64,000 bases of DNA, from the NCBI GenBank assembly GCA_019057815.1, contig JAHLWR010000005.1, positions 64,001 to 128,000 on the forward strand, read 5' to 3'. The notes under the pieces were generated by a model that saw only the letters and a list, made by a program, of their open reading frames with translations, was not told the origin of the DNA and ran no database searches. Numbering within the stretch: the stretch's first letter is position 1; every line of letters starts with the position of its first letter. The position numbers were made by a program, and so were the translations under genes. Positions 33,241 to 43,144 of this stretch are shown in pieces. The DNA is from Candidatus Heimdallarchaeota archaeon (GTDB lineage Archaea; Asgardarchaeota; Heimdallarchaeia; Heimdallarchaeales; Heimdallarchaeaceae).

Positions 33241-34035
33241 TCACCCAAAACGTTCATTTAAAGTTCTTATTGCATCATCAGTCCAAATAGTGAGTCTACC
33301 AGGGTGAGTACCAGGAGCTAAAAGTTCGGTTGTAAGTTGTTTCACCTCTACAATTGTTGCACCTAGAATATTGTTTCCAGCTTTGATTAGGTCGCAATTG
33401 TTATTCCCAACTATTAATAAAGGACCCACAGGAACCTTATACTTGCGCCCTCTTCGTTTTCCTTTACCAGGTCTTATATTCTTTCCATTTTTCACCCTAT
33501 TCAAATCAGGAGACAAACCTAAATTATCCAAAAGTTTAACAACATCCCTAGTTTTTACAAGTGTTTCAGCTTTAGATTCCACTACTATTGGGAAATCAAT
33601 TTTTCCTTCAAATTTATGACCTCTTTGACTTACATGTTCTTCATGTATAGTATATGCTATAGCGGATTTAAGAGCTAAGAGATGTTCTTTTCTATTAACT
33701 TTCTCAATTATTTTTTTCTCAGCTTTAGGAGGATGTGCTTTATGACCTCCCCTTACATTAGGAATAAAAGCTGCTCTTTGTGCACTATGAGTTCGTGAAC
33801 CTTTTCGTCTTGGAACTCTTGCAGCTCCTCTACCTGTTCCCCAATTCTCAACAGCTACAAGGCGACCAGCTAATGGACTAACCCCTTTTGGTTGTCTCTT
33901 CCAACTTTGTTCTGCAAGAACTGCCCTTCTTATCACATCAGGGCGCAAAGGTGTTCTAAATACAGATGGAAGTTTGATTGATTCTGATTTTTTCTTCCCA
34001 TTTATTGAATAAATTGCTACATTCATTTTTATCAT
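33241..34035 (-). CDS. rpl4: 50S ribosomal protein L4
   Basis: LP.VF..P.RPD, WGTGRG.ARVPR, LAPGTHPGRLTIWT. Confidence 0.98.
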   Translation of the reverse strand: MIKMNVAIYSINGKKKSESIKLPSVFRTPLRPDVIRRAVLAEQSWKRQPKGVSPLAGRLVAVENWGTGRGAARVPRRKGSRTHSAQRAAFIPNVRGGHKAHPPKAEKKIIEKVNRKEHLLALKSAIAYTIHEEHVSQRGHKFEGKIDFPIVVESKAETLVKTRDVVKLLDNLGLSPDLNRVKNGKNIRPGKGKRRGRKYKVPVGPLLIVGNNNCDLIKAGNNILGATIVEVKQLTTELLAPGTHPGRLTIWTDDAIRTLNERFG

Positions 34036-34042
34036 CTCGCAC

Positions 34043-35053
34043 TTAACCTTGTTGGCTCTCCGTTGAGATGTAAAGAATCCTAGGTTCTTTTTCTGGTTGT
34101 GGTGTTTTTCTCATAGGTTCTCTAAGCATTACTGTCCTTTTTTTAGAACCAGGAATTGACCCTTTAAGTAACACATAATTATTTTTAACTAATCCGTAGT
34201 TAACAAAACCACCTTTGGGAACAATTTCTGCGCCATCTGATCCAATTTGCATTATACGTTTATTATACTCAGTACGGACATTAAAACCCATTTGTCCATA
34301 TCGGGGAATTGTCCACATCGTACGACCAGGAGTCCATGGACCTATAGAACCGACACCACGTTTTGTTCCTTTCGATTTGTGTTGAAGGATTTTTACTCCA
34401 TGCCTTTTTACAGGACCTTGAAATCCTTTACCTTTCGTTACACCAATAGAATCTACAAATTCACCAGGTTTAAAAACGTCTCGTATAAGAACTTCCTTTC
34501 CGAGTAGTGAAAGACCATACTCATAACCATCACTAATGCTTTTATAACCAATTTTGATTTCAGCAATTGAAGGAGTTTTCATTCCAATACCTGTTAAGTG
34601 TGGTTGAGTATGAACTATAGCTCGAAGTTCATCAATTTCATCAAGCTTTTCCTCGAATATTTTCTTTGTTTTCTCAAAATCATAGTTTTTTGGAGTTTTA
34701 ACTTTACGTTCAAGTTCATCCTTTCTTTCTAGAGTTCTGAGGTCTGCTATAATTTCAAGACCATAAGGAGTCTTGTTGTATCCACGTAGACCGAAAACGA
34801 CCATTGGTGGTGTTTCGACTACCGTCACTGATACTGTCACCTCTCTATTTGCCAGATGGCTTCTTGGACGGTCTACAACATAAACACAATGTGTCATCCC
34901 GGCTTTGAAACCAAGAAAACCCATTAGTTTTGAGGAGCCATCGTGTTCTGGCCATGCTCGAGGTGAAGGTACTATTCGTCTTGCTCTAACCCTTCGATAT
35001 CCTAATGATGATCGATGGGGTGCACTTACCCTTCTGTGACCCACATTATACAC
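34043..35053 (-). CDS. rpl3: 50S ribosomal protein L3
   Basis: GFKAGMTH, VTVVETPP, KGKGFQGPVKR, GQMG...RTEYNKRI; start may be GTG at 35044. Confidence 0.98.
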   Translation of the reverse strand: MYNVGHRRVSAPHRSSLGYRRVRARRIVPSPRAWPEHDGSSKLMGFLGFKAGMTHCVYVVDRPRSHLANREVTVSVTVVETPPMVVFGLRGYNKTPYGLEIIADLRTLERKDELERKVKTPKNYDFEKTKKIFEEKLDEIDELRAIVHTQPHLTGIGMKTPSIAEIKIGYKSISDGYEYGLSLLGKEVLIRDVFKPGEFVDSIGVTKGKGFQGPVKRHGVKILQHKSKGTKRGVGSIGPWTPGRTMWTIPRYGQMGFNVRTEYNKRIMQIGSDGAEIVPKGGFVNYGLVKNNYVLLKGSIPGSKKRTVMLREPMRKTPQPEKEPRILYISTESQQG

Positions 35054-35223
35054 GTCCTTTCATATTGTTGACTTTTATACGCCTTTCATTTACAATGAAG
35101 ATGTATCGCTATTTTGTACTAACTTCTATACAAAATGTGCTCTAACGTCGTACTCCCTCAATGATAACATCATATAAATATGTCGTTCTTTTAGTTTTAA
35201 AAAACGCTTTTTGAAACGTTCTA

Positions 35224-36258
35224 CTAATTTTTAACGTTTATTAAGTAACTCCCTCGTTCTTTTATAACTTCAATTTTAGATCTAGTTAACTTGTGTATAA
35301 GATCAATATTAGTTTTGGTGTGATTTGTAATTTTTCCTGTAAGAATACTGGAGTTTCCATCTGTTAGGGCCATTGGAACGATTAATTGATCGGCTGCATA
35401 TTCGTCTACTGTTGAATTACCTTCATAGTTTTTTTTCCATTTGTGTGCACATAGTTTTCCTACATGTTCAGAGGTTAATTTTCTATCTCCAGTAACAAAA
35501 CACCCTGTAATACCACCATTTGAGTAATGACTTATAACAGTTAATCCAGTTCCTGGGGAAAGGCTGTTTACATACTTTACTCTAGGAATTATATCTATAT
35601 TAACATTAATAGCGCTTAAAAAAGAATTAAGCTGTCTTTCAGCTACTTTTCTTTGTCTGAGAATAGATGACGCTATTGAATAAACCTTTAAACTAATTAA
35701 ATCACCTTTATCATTTAATATTAAAGGTTCTAGAGAAGTATGCTTGTGAAAAGAAAATTCGCATTTTGCTCCTCCTTTAGGATAAAAACCATATTTTCCT
35801 ATCTTTAAAGTAATTTGTTTATTCATATTGCTCAACAACGGATAGATTACACTTTCTATGTACTCAACAGATGGAGCCCATTTTCCATGTGTTGCCCCTC
35901 CATTAATAACTAACTCTATAGTCCTTGTTTGAGAAAAAGCATAGTATAAAACTGCTTGAGCTACTAAGGGAATGCTTCCCGCAGTTTTTATATTTACTTT
36001 AGCTAAATCACACTTAGCTTTTCCAGGAGAAACCTCAATTGCAGAACTACCTATCCTACAACCCTTAATTTTCATTCCAGAGAGTTGTTGAATCGCTCTA
36101 ACTGCCTCTACATGCTGTGCTTGAAGACCAGGATTTGGACGGTTAGACCTAATATTTTCTAGTTTAATAGGGGTTTTTGTTGTAGTCGCTAAAGCCAGTG
36201 CTATTCTTATTATTGACCCCCCTCCTTCGCCTATAGAACAGTCTACTCTATATATCAT
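35224..36258 (-). CDS. rtcA: RNA 3'-terminal phosphate cyclase
   Basis: GEGGG, NIR.NRPNPGLQAQH, TAGS, GFYPKGG, VAERQ, ADQL, catalytic-His region TNHTKTNI. Confidence 0.93.
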   Translation of the reverse strand: MIYRVDCSIGEGGGSIIRIALALATTTKTPIKLENIRSNRPNPGLQAQHVEAVRAIQQLSGMKIKGCRIGSSAIEVSPGKAKCDLAKVNIKTAGSIPLVAQAVLYYAFSQTRTIELVINGGATHGKWAPSVEYIESVIYPLLSNMNKQITLKIGKYGFYPKGGAKCEFSFHKHTSLEPLILNDKGDLISLKVYSIASSILRQRKVAERQLNSFLSAINVNIDIIPRVKYVNSLSPGTGLTVISHYSNGGITGCFVTGDRKLTSEHVGKLCAHKWKKNYEGNSTVDEYAADQLIVPMALTDGNSSILTGKITNHTKTNIDLIHKLTRSKIEVIKERGSYLINVKN

Positions 36259-36295
36259 CTTAAATTAAAGAATTGAAAGAAGGAAATAAAAAAGT

Positions 36296-36700
36296 TTATC
36301 GATAGGATTTCTGAAATCTTGAACGAGAACTTCTTCCACCAAAGTGTTTTGGTTCTGTTCTTCTTGGATCTCCAGAAACTATTGTTTTGTCATATATAAC
36401 AAACTTTTCTTTAAGACTCAAATCCTCAAAATACTCAATAAGGCCACGAGCAATAGCTGTACGAATAGCATCAGCTTGTCCAATAACACCTCCCCCTCTA
36501 ACATTTGCTTTTATATCTACTTTATTTCTCATGTCCTCTCCTGCTAGTGAAAAAACTTCATTCACTTTTACCCTACTTAGCTCATTGGGGAGGATTTCTA
36601 GGGGGACACCGTTAACTCTTACTTTTCCTTTTCCTTTCTTTATAGTTACACGAGCGATTGCAGTTTTTCGTTTTCCAGAAGAAACAATTACTTTACCCAC
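36296..36700 (-). CDS. rps9: 30S ribosomal protein S9
   Basis: SGKRKTAIAR, VRGGG..GQADA.R.AIAR, QKSYR; GTG start after AGGTGA. Confidence 0.98.
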   Translation of the reverse strand: MGKVIVSSGKRKTAIARVTIKKGKGKVRVNGVPLEILPNELSRVKVNEVFSLAGEDMRNKVDIKANVRGGGVIGQADAIRTAIARGLIEYFEDLSLKEKFVIYDKTIVSGDPRRTEPKHFGGRSSRSRFQKSYR

Positions 36701-36711
36701 ATCTTTCACCT

Positions 36712-37182
36712 TTAATCTTGCCAACCAAATTCCTTGCAAAGATCACCAATCGTAATTGATTTGCAGTTTAATTTATCCGCATCTGCATGTTTTGGTTTTA
36801 TTAATTCTTGCCCTACAAATTCTTTTGGAATACCAATATAGGTCATTAATCTATGGTGGGCCGCTTTACCACGGCTTTTCTTCATTGGTAACATTCCTCT
36901 TACAGTACGCCTGACTAAACGATCAGGACGTTTTGGATGAAAGGGTCCCCTTCGAGGATTTGTTGCAGTATGAATTTGCTGGATTTCTCTATATTCTTTT
37001 AATATTGAATGTTTTTTGCCAGATATTATTGCCTTCTCGCAATTAACAATATTTACAGCATGTCCTTCTAACAAGTATTTTGCTACTTCAGAACTTAAAC
37101 GGCCTAAAACGGCATTTTTTGCGTCAATATGTATTTTAGGGACGATGGTTGGCTGTTCTACATCTTTTATTCCTTTTTGCAT
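36712..37182 (-). CDS. rpl13: 50S ribosomal protein L13
   Basis: IDA.NAVLGRL, GPFHPKRP, RRTVRGMLP. Confidence 0.98.
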   Translation of the reverse strand: MQKGIKDVEQPTIVPKIHIDAKNAVLGRLSSEVAKYLLEGHAVNIVNCEKAIISGKKHSILKEYREIQQIHTATNPRRGPFHPKRPDRLVRRTVRGMLPMKKSRGKAAHHRLMTYIGIPKEFVGQELIKPKHADADKLNCKSITIGDLCKEFGWQD

Positions 37183-37195
37183 AGTTTATGCACCA

Positions 37196-37561
37196 TTAAA
37201 CAATTATTCTAGTTTTACTGATTTCAGGTTTTGAATCCATGAAATCTTTAATTGATAGGAAGGTGCTCTTTGAATTCTTAATTTTCTCTGTTGCCATTTC
37301 GGAAGCTTTAAGCGCAGCAATAGTTACTGTATGTTCTAAATCCCCAGAACTTAATACGCTTCCAGGAATAATCACTATGTCACCTTCTTTTGTATTCCTG
37401 TTTATTTTACTTAAGTTCACCGACGTTCTTTGTCTTCTGGAATTTTCAAGCCTTTCTGCTACAGTCTTCCATAAAGCTATTTTGGTTTCGGAGGATAGTT
37501 TTTTTAATTGATTTATTAAATCTTTTACATTTGGATCAGTGGGGCCGGTTCTTTTAGGCAT
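37196..37561 (-). CDS. rpl18e: 50S ribosomal protein L18e
   Basis: VNLSKINR, IIPGSVLSSG, TIAAL. Confidence 0.96.
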   Translation of the reverse strand: MPKRTGPTDPNVKDLINQLKKLSSETKIALWKTVAERLENSRRQRTSVNLSKINRNTKEGDIVIIPGSVLSSGDLEHTVTIAALKASEMATEKIKNSKSTFLSIKDFMDSKPEISKTRIIV

Positions 37562-37563
37562 TT

Positions 37564-38400
37564 TTATTCACTCTTTTCTTTCTCTTCAATAATCGTAGTT
37601 TCCAGTTCATTTTTGAATTCTTCGATTTTAGCTATAAGTATCTCTCCTGCGTTTACCAAAAGTGATGAAATCTCTTGTCCACCATTTGTTTCAAAGGAAA
37701 AAATAGTTTTTGAAGCATCATGACCTATTGTAATTGCTTCTGGTTCACATGTAGGTTTGCAATGTTTGCATAGCGTACATCTCAACGGATTTACAACTTT
37801 GACGCTGTTTCCGACTTTTTGAAAAACACCTCTATAACAAATATCGATGCAAGCCAAACAATTATTACATTTTTCTTGGTTTATTTCTGGTATTGGAAAT
37901 TCTTGATATCCTATAGCTGATACAGGTTGCCATTTTGCATGTTCTTTACCACGACCTAGTTGAGCCATACATTCGAGTTCCAATGATTGATTAGGGCCCA
38001 ACTTAACGATTGGTATATTGTCACTTATTGGTTTAACACCTTCTTGTAATGAAATCAAATCACCACTATACACAATGGATGTTGTTTGATTATCTGTTTC
38101 TTTTGAAAGTGTTAGTGTTACAGTGCACAAATTGCAACCAATCCCCCCACAATCACAATCTTCTCTAAAATTTAATTCCAAGATACCTTCATCATATTTA
38201 AGTGGAACTAAGCCAAGTCTATGTGCAATGAATTCATCAAAAAGTGGTGATGTATTTTTTAATACATAAACGTCCTCAATTATAAGAGTTGGAACTTCCG
38301 CTAAAGTTATACGACGAATAGTGTTAGCAAAGGCTAATGTAATATCCGCCAAGACGAATTTGGTAGAGTTGGGAAACAACTCAATAAGCTCAATATCCAT
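37564..38400 (-). CDS. rpoD: RNA polymerase subunit D with two-cluster ferredoxin-like domain
   Basis: ANTIRR, NTSPLFDE.IAHRLGLVPL, GKEHAKWQP, CNNCLACIDIC and CTLCKHCKPTC; likely start ATG 38400. Confidence 0.96.
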   Translation of the reverse strand: MDIELIELFPNSTKFVLADITLAFANTIRRITLAEVPTLIIEDVYVLKNTSPLFDEFIAHRLGLVPLKYDEGILELNFREDCDCGGIGCNLCTVTLTLSKETDNQTTSIVYSGDLISLQEGVKPISDNIPIVKLGPNQSLELECMAQLGRGKEHAKWQPVSAIGYQEFPIPEINQEKCNNCLACIDICYRGVFQKVGNSVKVVNPLRCTLCKHCKPTCEPEAITIGHDASKTIFSFETNGGQEISSLLVNAGEILIAKIEEFKNELETTIIEEKEKSE

Positions 38401-38728
38401 AATTAACCCAACAACAAGTGGTTCTGTATCGGTCGCAATAATCACAATAAAAAAGCTTTTCCATGAGCGACAAGTTCTACAACATCATAGTTAAATTCAT
38501 TTGTAAAACTAGTAATAACCATCATAAAGTTCTTACTCGCACACTTCGGCATTTATGTTTTAGATAACTATTTTGTTGTGTTTTCAAAATACATATAAAT
38601 ATTAATAATAACCTGTTTAATTAACTCTTTGAACAGCTGTATATCATCAAGAAAATTATGATAGCTTTTGTTTGACAAAAGACAATACTCTGCACTTATT
38701 TACAAATAAGAAAAGAGCTCCTTTTGTT

Positions 38729-39943
38729 TTAATTTTCTTTTATCATTTTCTTTTGATGGTTTATTGCCTTCGCCAAGAATTTTTCTATAACTTCCACAGA
38801 TATATCAGGAATACTAATTAAGGTTGTTTTACCTCTCATACCTTCGCCAGAAAGTTTAGTATATATGATATCTTGTTTTGACAGTTCTTTTATATATGAC
38901 CAAATTTGCGTTTGTTTTCTTGGTTCTTCACCATACTCTTCACAGATAAGACAATAGGAACTTATAACATCGCCTTTGGAAGTATAAGCGTTTTTTGTGT
39001 GTTTTAGTTTGCGGATTATTGAAAGGAGTACTAATTGTTGATGAAATGACAATGTTAATATTATTTCACGACGAACTTCAGGATGAATTAATGCTTTCGC
39101 GGTCCTTACATTATCAGGATAGACAATTGGAGAACACTCATCATCAGCACACTGACCTGCTCCCCATATCAACTCAATTGCATATCTTGCATCACCTGAT
39201 TTTCTAGCAATGTCAGCAACCAAATCTATTGCACCTGTTGTGATAGCGCCTTCATAAAAAGCCATTTCTGTACGAGATCTAATGATATCACGTAAACGTG
39301 ATTCTGAATACTTATCTAGAGACATATGATTTGACCGAAAACTACTACGTGTACTTTCGTCAAGTTCATGGAGGAAATTTAGATTTCTAGCAATAAAAAT
39401 ATAGGATAACCATTGACTTGTTGTCATCTCACTTATACGAAGTAAAACATAAAGAAAATCACTACCAACGCGAGATACTAGATAATCTACTTCATCAAGA
39501 ACCAACATAATCTTTGGTGAATGTAGTTCCAATAAGTGAATAAGAAGTGATTGAAGTTCTTCGAAAGAATATCCTCTAGGAGGTATTGCCTTATCAAGCT
39601 GTCTAACTAACGTGCTAATGATTAAATAGGGACTCTTATAGATGCGACAATTAATATAAACAAAAAGAAATTTTTGACGCTTTAGTACATTTTCAAGCAT
39701 TTGCCCAAATCTCTTGACTAACGTTGTTTTACCAGAACCAGTTGGACCAGTTAGAATAACTTTTCTTAAGGGAGCATCAGATTCAGAGGATATTGTCTTA
39801 AAGTACTTAGCCAAAGTACGCAGCTCCTCTTCCCTATGAGGAAGATGGGGAGGGATAAAATTAACAGAAAGACAACTTATGTTTTTAAATACAGAAGGTT
39901 TTTTTATTAATGAGTTAAAGTAATCTTCATCAGATGAGTACAT
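38729..39943 (-). CDS. cdc6: Orc1/Cdc6 replication initiator
   Basis: LPHREEE, GPTGSGKT, YINC, VLDEVD, GDARYAI, C-terminal wHTH with RGKT. Confidence 0.95.
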   Translation of the reverse strand: MYSSDEDYFNSLIKKPSVFKNISCLSVNFIPPHLPHREEELRTLAKYFKTISSESDAPLRKVILTGPTGSGKTTLVKRFGQMLENVLKRQKFLFVYINCRIYKSPYLIISTLVRQLDKAIPPRGYSFEELQSLLIHLLELHSPKIMLVLDEVDYLVSRVGSDFLYVLLRISEMTTSQWLSYIFIARNLNFLHELDESTRSSFRSNHMSLDKYSESRLRDIIRSRTEMAFYEGAITTGAIDLVADIARKSGDARYAIELIWGAGQCADDECSPIVYPDNVRTAKALIHPEVRREIILTLSFHQQLVLLSIIRKLKHTKNAYTSKGDVISSYCLICEEYGEEPRKQTQIWSYIKELSKQDIIYTKLSGEGMRGKTTLISIPDISVEVIEKFLAKAINHQKKMIKEN

Positions 39944-40240
39944 TATTATCGTCTCTGAAATAAAAACGAGAAATTCCTTTTTATACTTACCAGACAGACA
40001 TCTCTGAAAGTTATTTTTTGTTTTGTTTGCTGAATTGAGAGTTTAATGAAAAATCACCGGTCTTAGTTCTACTAATGCATTCCCAACAAAGCGCTAAAAC
40101 ATTGAAAGTATTCACGGTCTAGGAAAAGCTCGAAAACAAAATTGTTATTTTAATGAAATATCCTGAAAATTATTACTGGTGTTAAAGGAACTAAGTCGAT
40201 AAAGTTAAAAACCAATAAAAATGAAATCATACAACAATTT

Positions 40241-40325
40241 GCGGAGATTGCCGAGTGGTCAAAGGCGCTGGAATGAGGATCCAGTCCTTAGTGGTCCGGG
40301 AGTTCGAATCTCCCTCTCCGCACCA
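40241..40325 (+). tRNA. tRNA-Leu(GAG)
   Basis: GCGGAGA...CTGGA AT GAG GA TCCAG, long variable arm, GTTCGAATC, TCTCCGC ACCA. Confidence 0.96.
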
Positions 40326-40539
40326 TTTTACCCTACGCAACGCAAAAAAACGATTTTTACTAGAAAGCCGTTTTCATTTTAGTTTTTGTCTCTAAAAAAA
40401 ATGAGTTTTTAGGTTATAGACTTCTTTATCCCATAATAAGCTCAATAACTTGTTAAAATAGATTTCACTTTCAATTTCCTCTCTCTTATAATTAAAAAAG
40501 TAAAGTTAGAATAGTGAAACCAGAACAGGTAGAACAGCT

Positions 40540-40836
40540 ATGACAAAAATGGATAATACTTTAATCGTGAAATTCTCAGTAGAGGACGTCTTATCATCTC
40601 GTGGAAGAGTAAGAATCTTAAAATTACTTGCTGATTTGGGAGAATTAAATATTTCCGCAATTTCTAGAACGATAAACCTGAATCATTCAGCAGTCAAAGA
40701 TCACTTGAACTTCTTAGTTAAAGTAGGTTTAATTAAAGAAAAGAAATTTGGGAGAATACTCATTTACCAGTATCAAAATCACAACATACTTGCTCGTTCC
40801 TTAAAACAATTGTTCAAGATTTGGGAAGACAACTAG
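40540..40836 (+). CDS. ArsR-like winged helix-turn-helix protein
   Basis: SSRGRVRILKLL, ELNISAISR, HL..L...GLI.E.KFGR. Confidence 0.8.
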   Translation: MTKMDNTLIVKFSVEDVLSSRGRVRILKLLADLGELNISAISRTINLNHSAVKDHLNFLVKVGLIKEKKFGRILIYQYQNHNILARSLKQLFKIWEDN

Positions 40837-40983
40837 AGCGCGTAACCTTATATTTCTTTGAAAAACTAATCTATGGATTAGTGAGTACCATAGTGTCCAA
40901 TCTGTGAAATATTAATTTTCAATAAATACACATTATGAAAAGAAGAAAAGTTAAAAAGCACCGTTCATTTTTGTAGTTTGATT

Positions 40984-41094
40984 GCCCCGATGGTGTAGCT
41001 TGGCCAATCATTGCGGACTCTCAAATTCTGAGCGTTTGCATACTCTGAATGGAAATCTCCGCAGACCCGGGTTCAAATCCCGGTCGGGGCACCA
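40984..41094 (+). tRNA. tRNA-Glu(CTC) with 33-nt intron at canonical 37/38 (41024-41056)
   Basis: GCCCCGA TGGTGTAGCTTGGCCAATCAT, GCGGA CT CTC A[intron]C TCCGC, CCGGG TTCAAAT CCCGG, TCGGGGC ACCA; intron hairpin ATTCTGAG/CTCTGAAT. Confidence 0.9.
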
Positions 41095-41150
41095 AAAATA
41101 ACAAAAACACAAACATAAACTTATTCTACTTTTACGAAAATTTCAAGACA

Positions 41151-41987
41151 ATGAGGTATTTAGTTCGTACATACTATGAAGGTGAAAGGTACTATGGTTA
41201 TCAAAGACAGTCAGATGTTTTAACTGTCGAAGGAACGATAATTAACGCGTTAATAAAGACAAAATACATAAAGGAACCAGACTCTAGCCAGTTTAAAAGT
41301 GCAAGTAGAACCGACAGAAAAGTAAATGCCTTAGGTAATGTTTTTGCATTTAATACTAATAAAGAACTTGTTCTTAGTCAAGTTAACAGCGTGTTACCGA
41401 AGAATAAATCAATTATTTGTTGGGCATACGCTAATGTTAATAATCTTTTTTCTCCTAGATATGTAAAATGGAAAAAATATTGGTATATACTACCTGTTGA
41501 GATTTTAAAGCAAAAAACAAGTCTTTCATTGAGTGAAATTCGTAAAATCAGCACAAAGTTTGTTGGAAGACATGACTTTGAACTTTTTTGTAAATTAGAC
41601 CATAGAAATACACAAAGAAAAATAAATGAGATAAATATACAACAACAAGGAAATGTAGTAATTTTTGAGTTTATCGCACAATCATTTCTTTGGGAACAAG
41701 TAAGAAGAATCATGGCATATTGCATTCAATATCCATTATTAAATAAGAAACTACAGGACACAGAATTTTTGCTTTCATTTAATTCTAAGAAAGAAGACAT
41801 AAATCTAAAACCAGCTAATCCTGCTTGGCTAACGCTTACAGAACTTTACTACGAAAATATTCACTGGATTTATGACAGAAAAGAAATTGAAAAAATAAAT
41901 AGAAAAACGTGTAAAGATCTAAAATCATTAAAACAACAAGTTTCTCAAAAAGAAGTAATTCAAAACTTTTTCCACACTATAAACTGA
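41151..41987 (+). CDS. truA: tRNA pseudouridine(38-40) synthase
   Basis: YEG..YYGYQRQ...TVEG, ASRTD.KVNA.GN, FVGRHDF, SFLWEQVRR; true start ATG 41151 (the listed ORF start lies inside the tRNA). Confidence 0.92.
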   Translation: MRYLVRTYYEGERYYGYQRQSDVLTVEGTIINALIKTKYIKEPDSSQFKSASRTDRKVNALGNVFAFNTNKELVLSQVNSVLPKNKSIICWAYANVNNLFSPRYVKWKKYWYILPVEILKQKTSLSLSEIRKISTKFVGRHDFELFCKLDHRNTQRKINEINIQQQGNVVIFEFIAQSFLWEQVRRIMAYCIQYPLLNKKLQDTEFLLSFNSKKEDINLKPANPAWLTLTELYYENIHWIYDRKEIEKINRKTCKDLKSLKQQVSQKEVIQNFFHTIN

Positions 41988-42031
41988 GTATTTTGATTGA
42001 TAATCTTATAAAAAATGGAGATAGAATATCT

Positions 42032-43006
42032 TTATTCTTTTTTTATGCTTTCGTTGACTAGTTTTGCCAAGAAAGCGGTTAGCTGAATATTACCGGATGC
42101 TCCTTCCGAAATCCGAAAGTCTACCTCTGCAAGATATTCCATAATTTTAAGCTTTTTAGTATCGGAAATTGTTAGATTAGGTAGTTCTCTATAGATTTGA
42201 TAAGCAACATCACTACCAGATAATCCATACTCCAATATCAAATGTTGAAGAGCATCTCTTGCGGCATAGAAATCACCATTTACAGCACAATTTAACATGT
42301 TTCTAGTCTTTTCTGGGTCTGCATGACCAATTGTCCGCAATATAGTAGTCTTTTCAATAGATTTACCGGAAGCAGCAGTGGCTTGTAAAATATTAATCGC
42401 TTTTCGCAAATCACCTTCTGATATATAGAGAATTGTATCAATACCCTCTTTATCATAAGCTATTGTTTCAGAGTTACAGATATAATGAAGAAAATCAGAC
42501 ATGTTTTTATCTTTCAAAGGTTTAAATCTGAAAATAGCGCATCGAGACTGGATTGGCTCAATAATCTTACTGGAATAATTACAGATTAGCGCAAAACGAC
42601 TGGTTCTTACATATCGTTCCATTGTACGACGGAGAGCATGTTGTGCAGCGGTTGTTAAACTATCCGCTTCATCTAAACAGATTATTTTAAAGGGTGCGCC
42701 ACCAAAAGGTGAGGTTCTCGCAAATTCCTTGACTTTTGTACGTATAGTATCAATACCTCGATCATTTGATGCATTCAATTCCAGAAGATTACGAATCACA
42801 TTATTTTTTCCAAACAAATCATTAGCAAGTGCAAGGAGAGCTGTTGTTTTACCAGTCCCAGGAGGACCTGCCAAAAGTAGATGAGGGAGATTATTTCGTT
42901 GTACAAAACCTTTGAATCTTACAATTATATCTTTGTGTCCTTTGAGATTATCCAAAACTTTTGGTCTATATTTTTCAGTCCACATTACATCATAGCTTGC
43001 TGTCAT
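42032..43006 (-). CDS. rfcS: Replication factor C small subunit
   Basis: WTEKYRP, GPPGTGKT, ELNASNDRG, LDEAD, AQHALRR, SRC. Confidence 0.97.
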   Translation of the reverse strand: MTASYDVMWTEKYRPKVLDNLKGHKDIIVRFKGFVQRNNLPHLLLAGPPGTGKTTALLALANDLFGKNNVIRNLLELNASNDRGIDTIRTKVKEFARTSPFGGAPFKIICLDEADSLTTAAQHALRRTMERYVRTSRFALICNYSSKIIEPIQSRCAIFRFKPLKDKNMSDFLHYICNSETIAYDKEGIDTILYISEGDLRKAINILQATAASGKSIEKTTILRTIGHADPEKTRNMLNCAVNGDFYAARDALQHLILEYGLSGSDVAYQIYRELPNLTISDTKKLKIMEYLAEVDFRISEGASGNIQLTAFLAKLVNESIKKE

Positions 43007-43144
43007 TTTTTCACGTTCTCAAGTATAGTTTTGTCTATTTAAATATATTAGGTAAAAAATAAATCTAATTACAACAAATTCATCCAAAAAAAGTGGTGTT
43101 GAAATACTTTTAATAGAACATATACTAGAGTAAGCGGATTTACA

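Noticed and set aside
38440-38552. Short ORF MPKCASKN... upstream of rpoD that looked like a Zn-ribbon microprotein
   Set aside because: Careful reading gives a stop after 36 codons; the downstream CxxC is out of frame.
39944-40240. Possible replication origin next to cdc6 (TCTCTGAAA twice)
   Set aside because: No convincing ORB (TCCA...GAAA plus G-string) repeats are visible.
41049-41150. N-terminal extension of the listed truA ORF
   Set aside because: It overlaps tRNA-Glu; the real start is ATG 41151.
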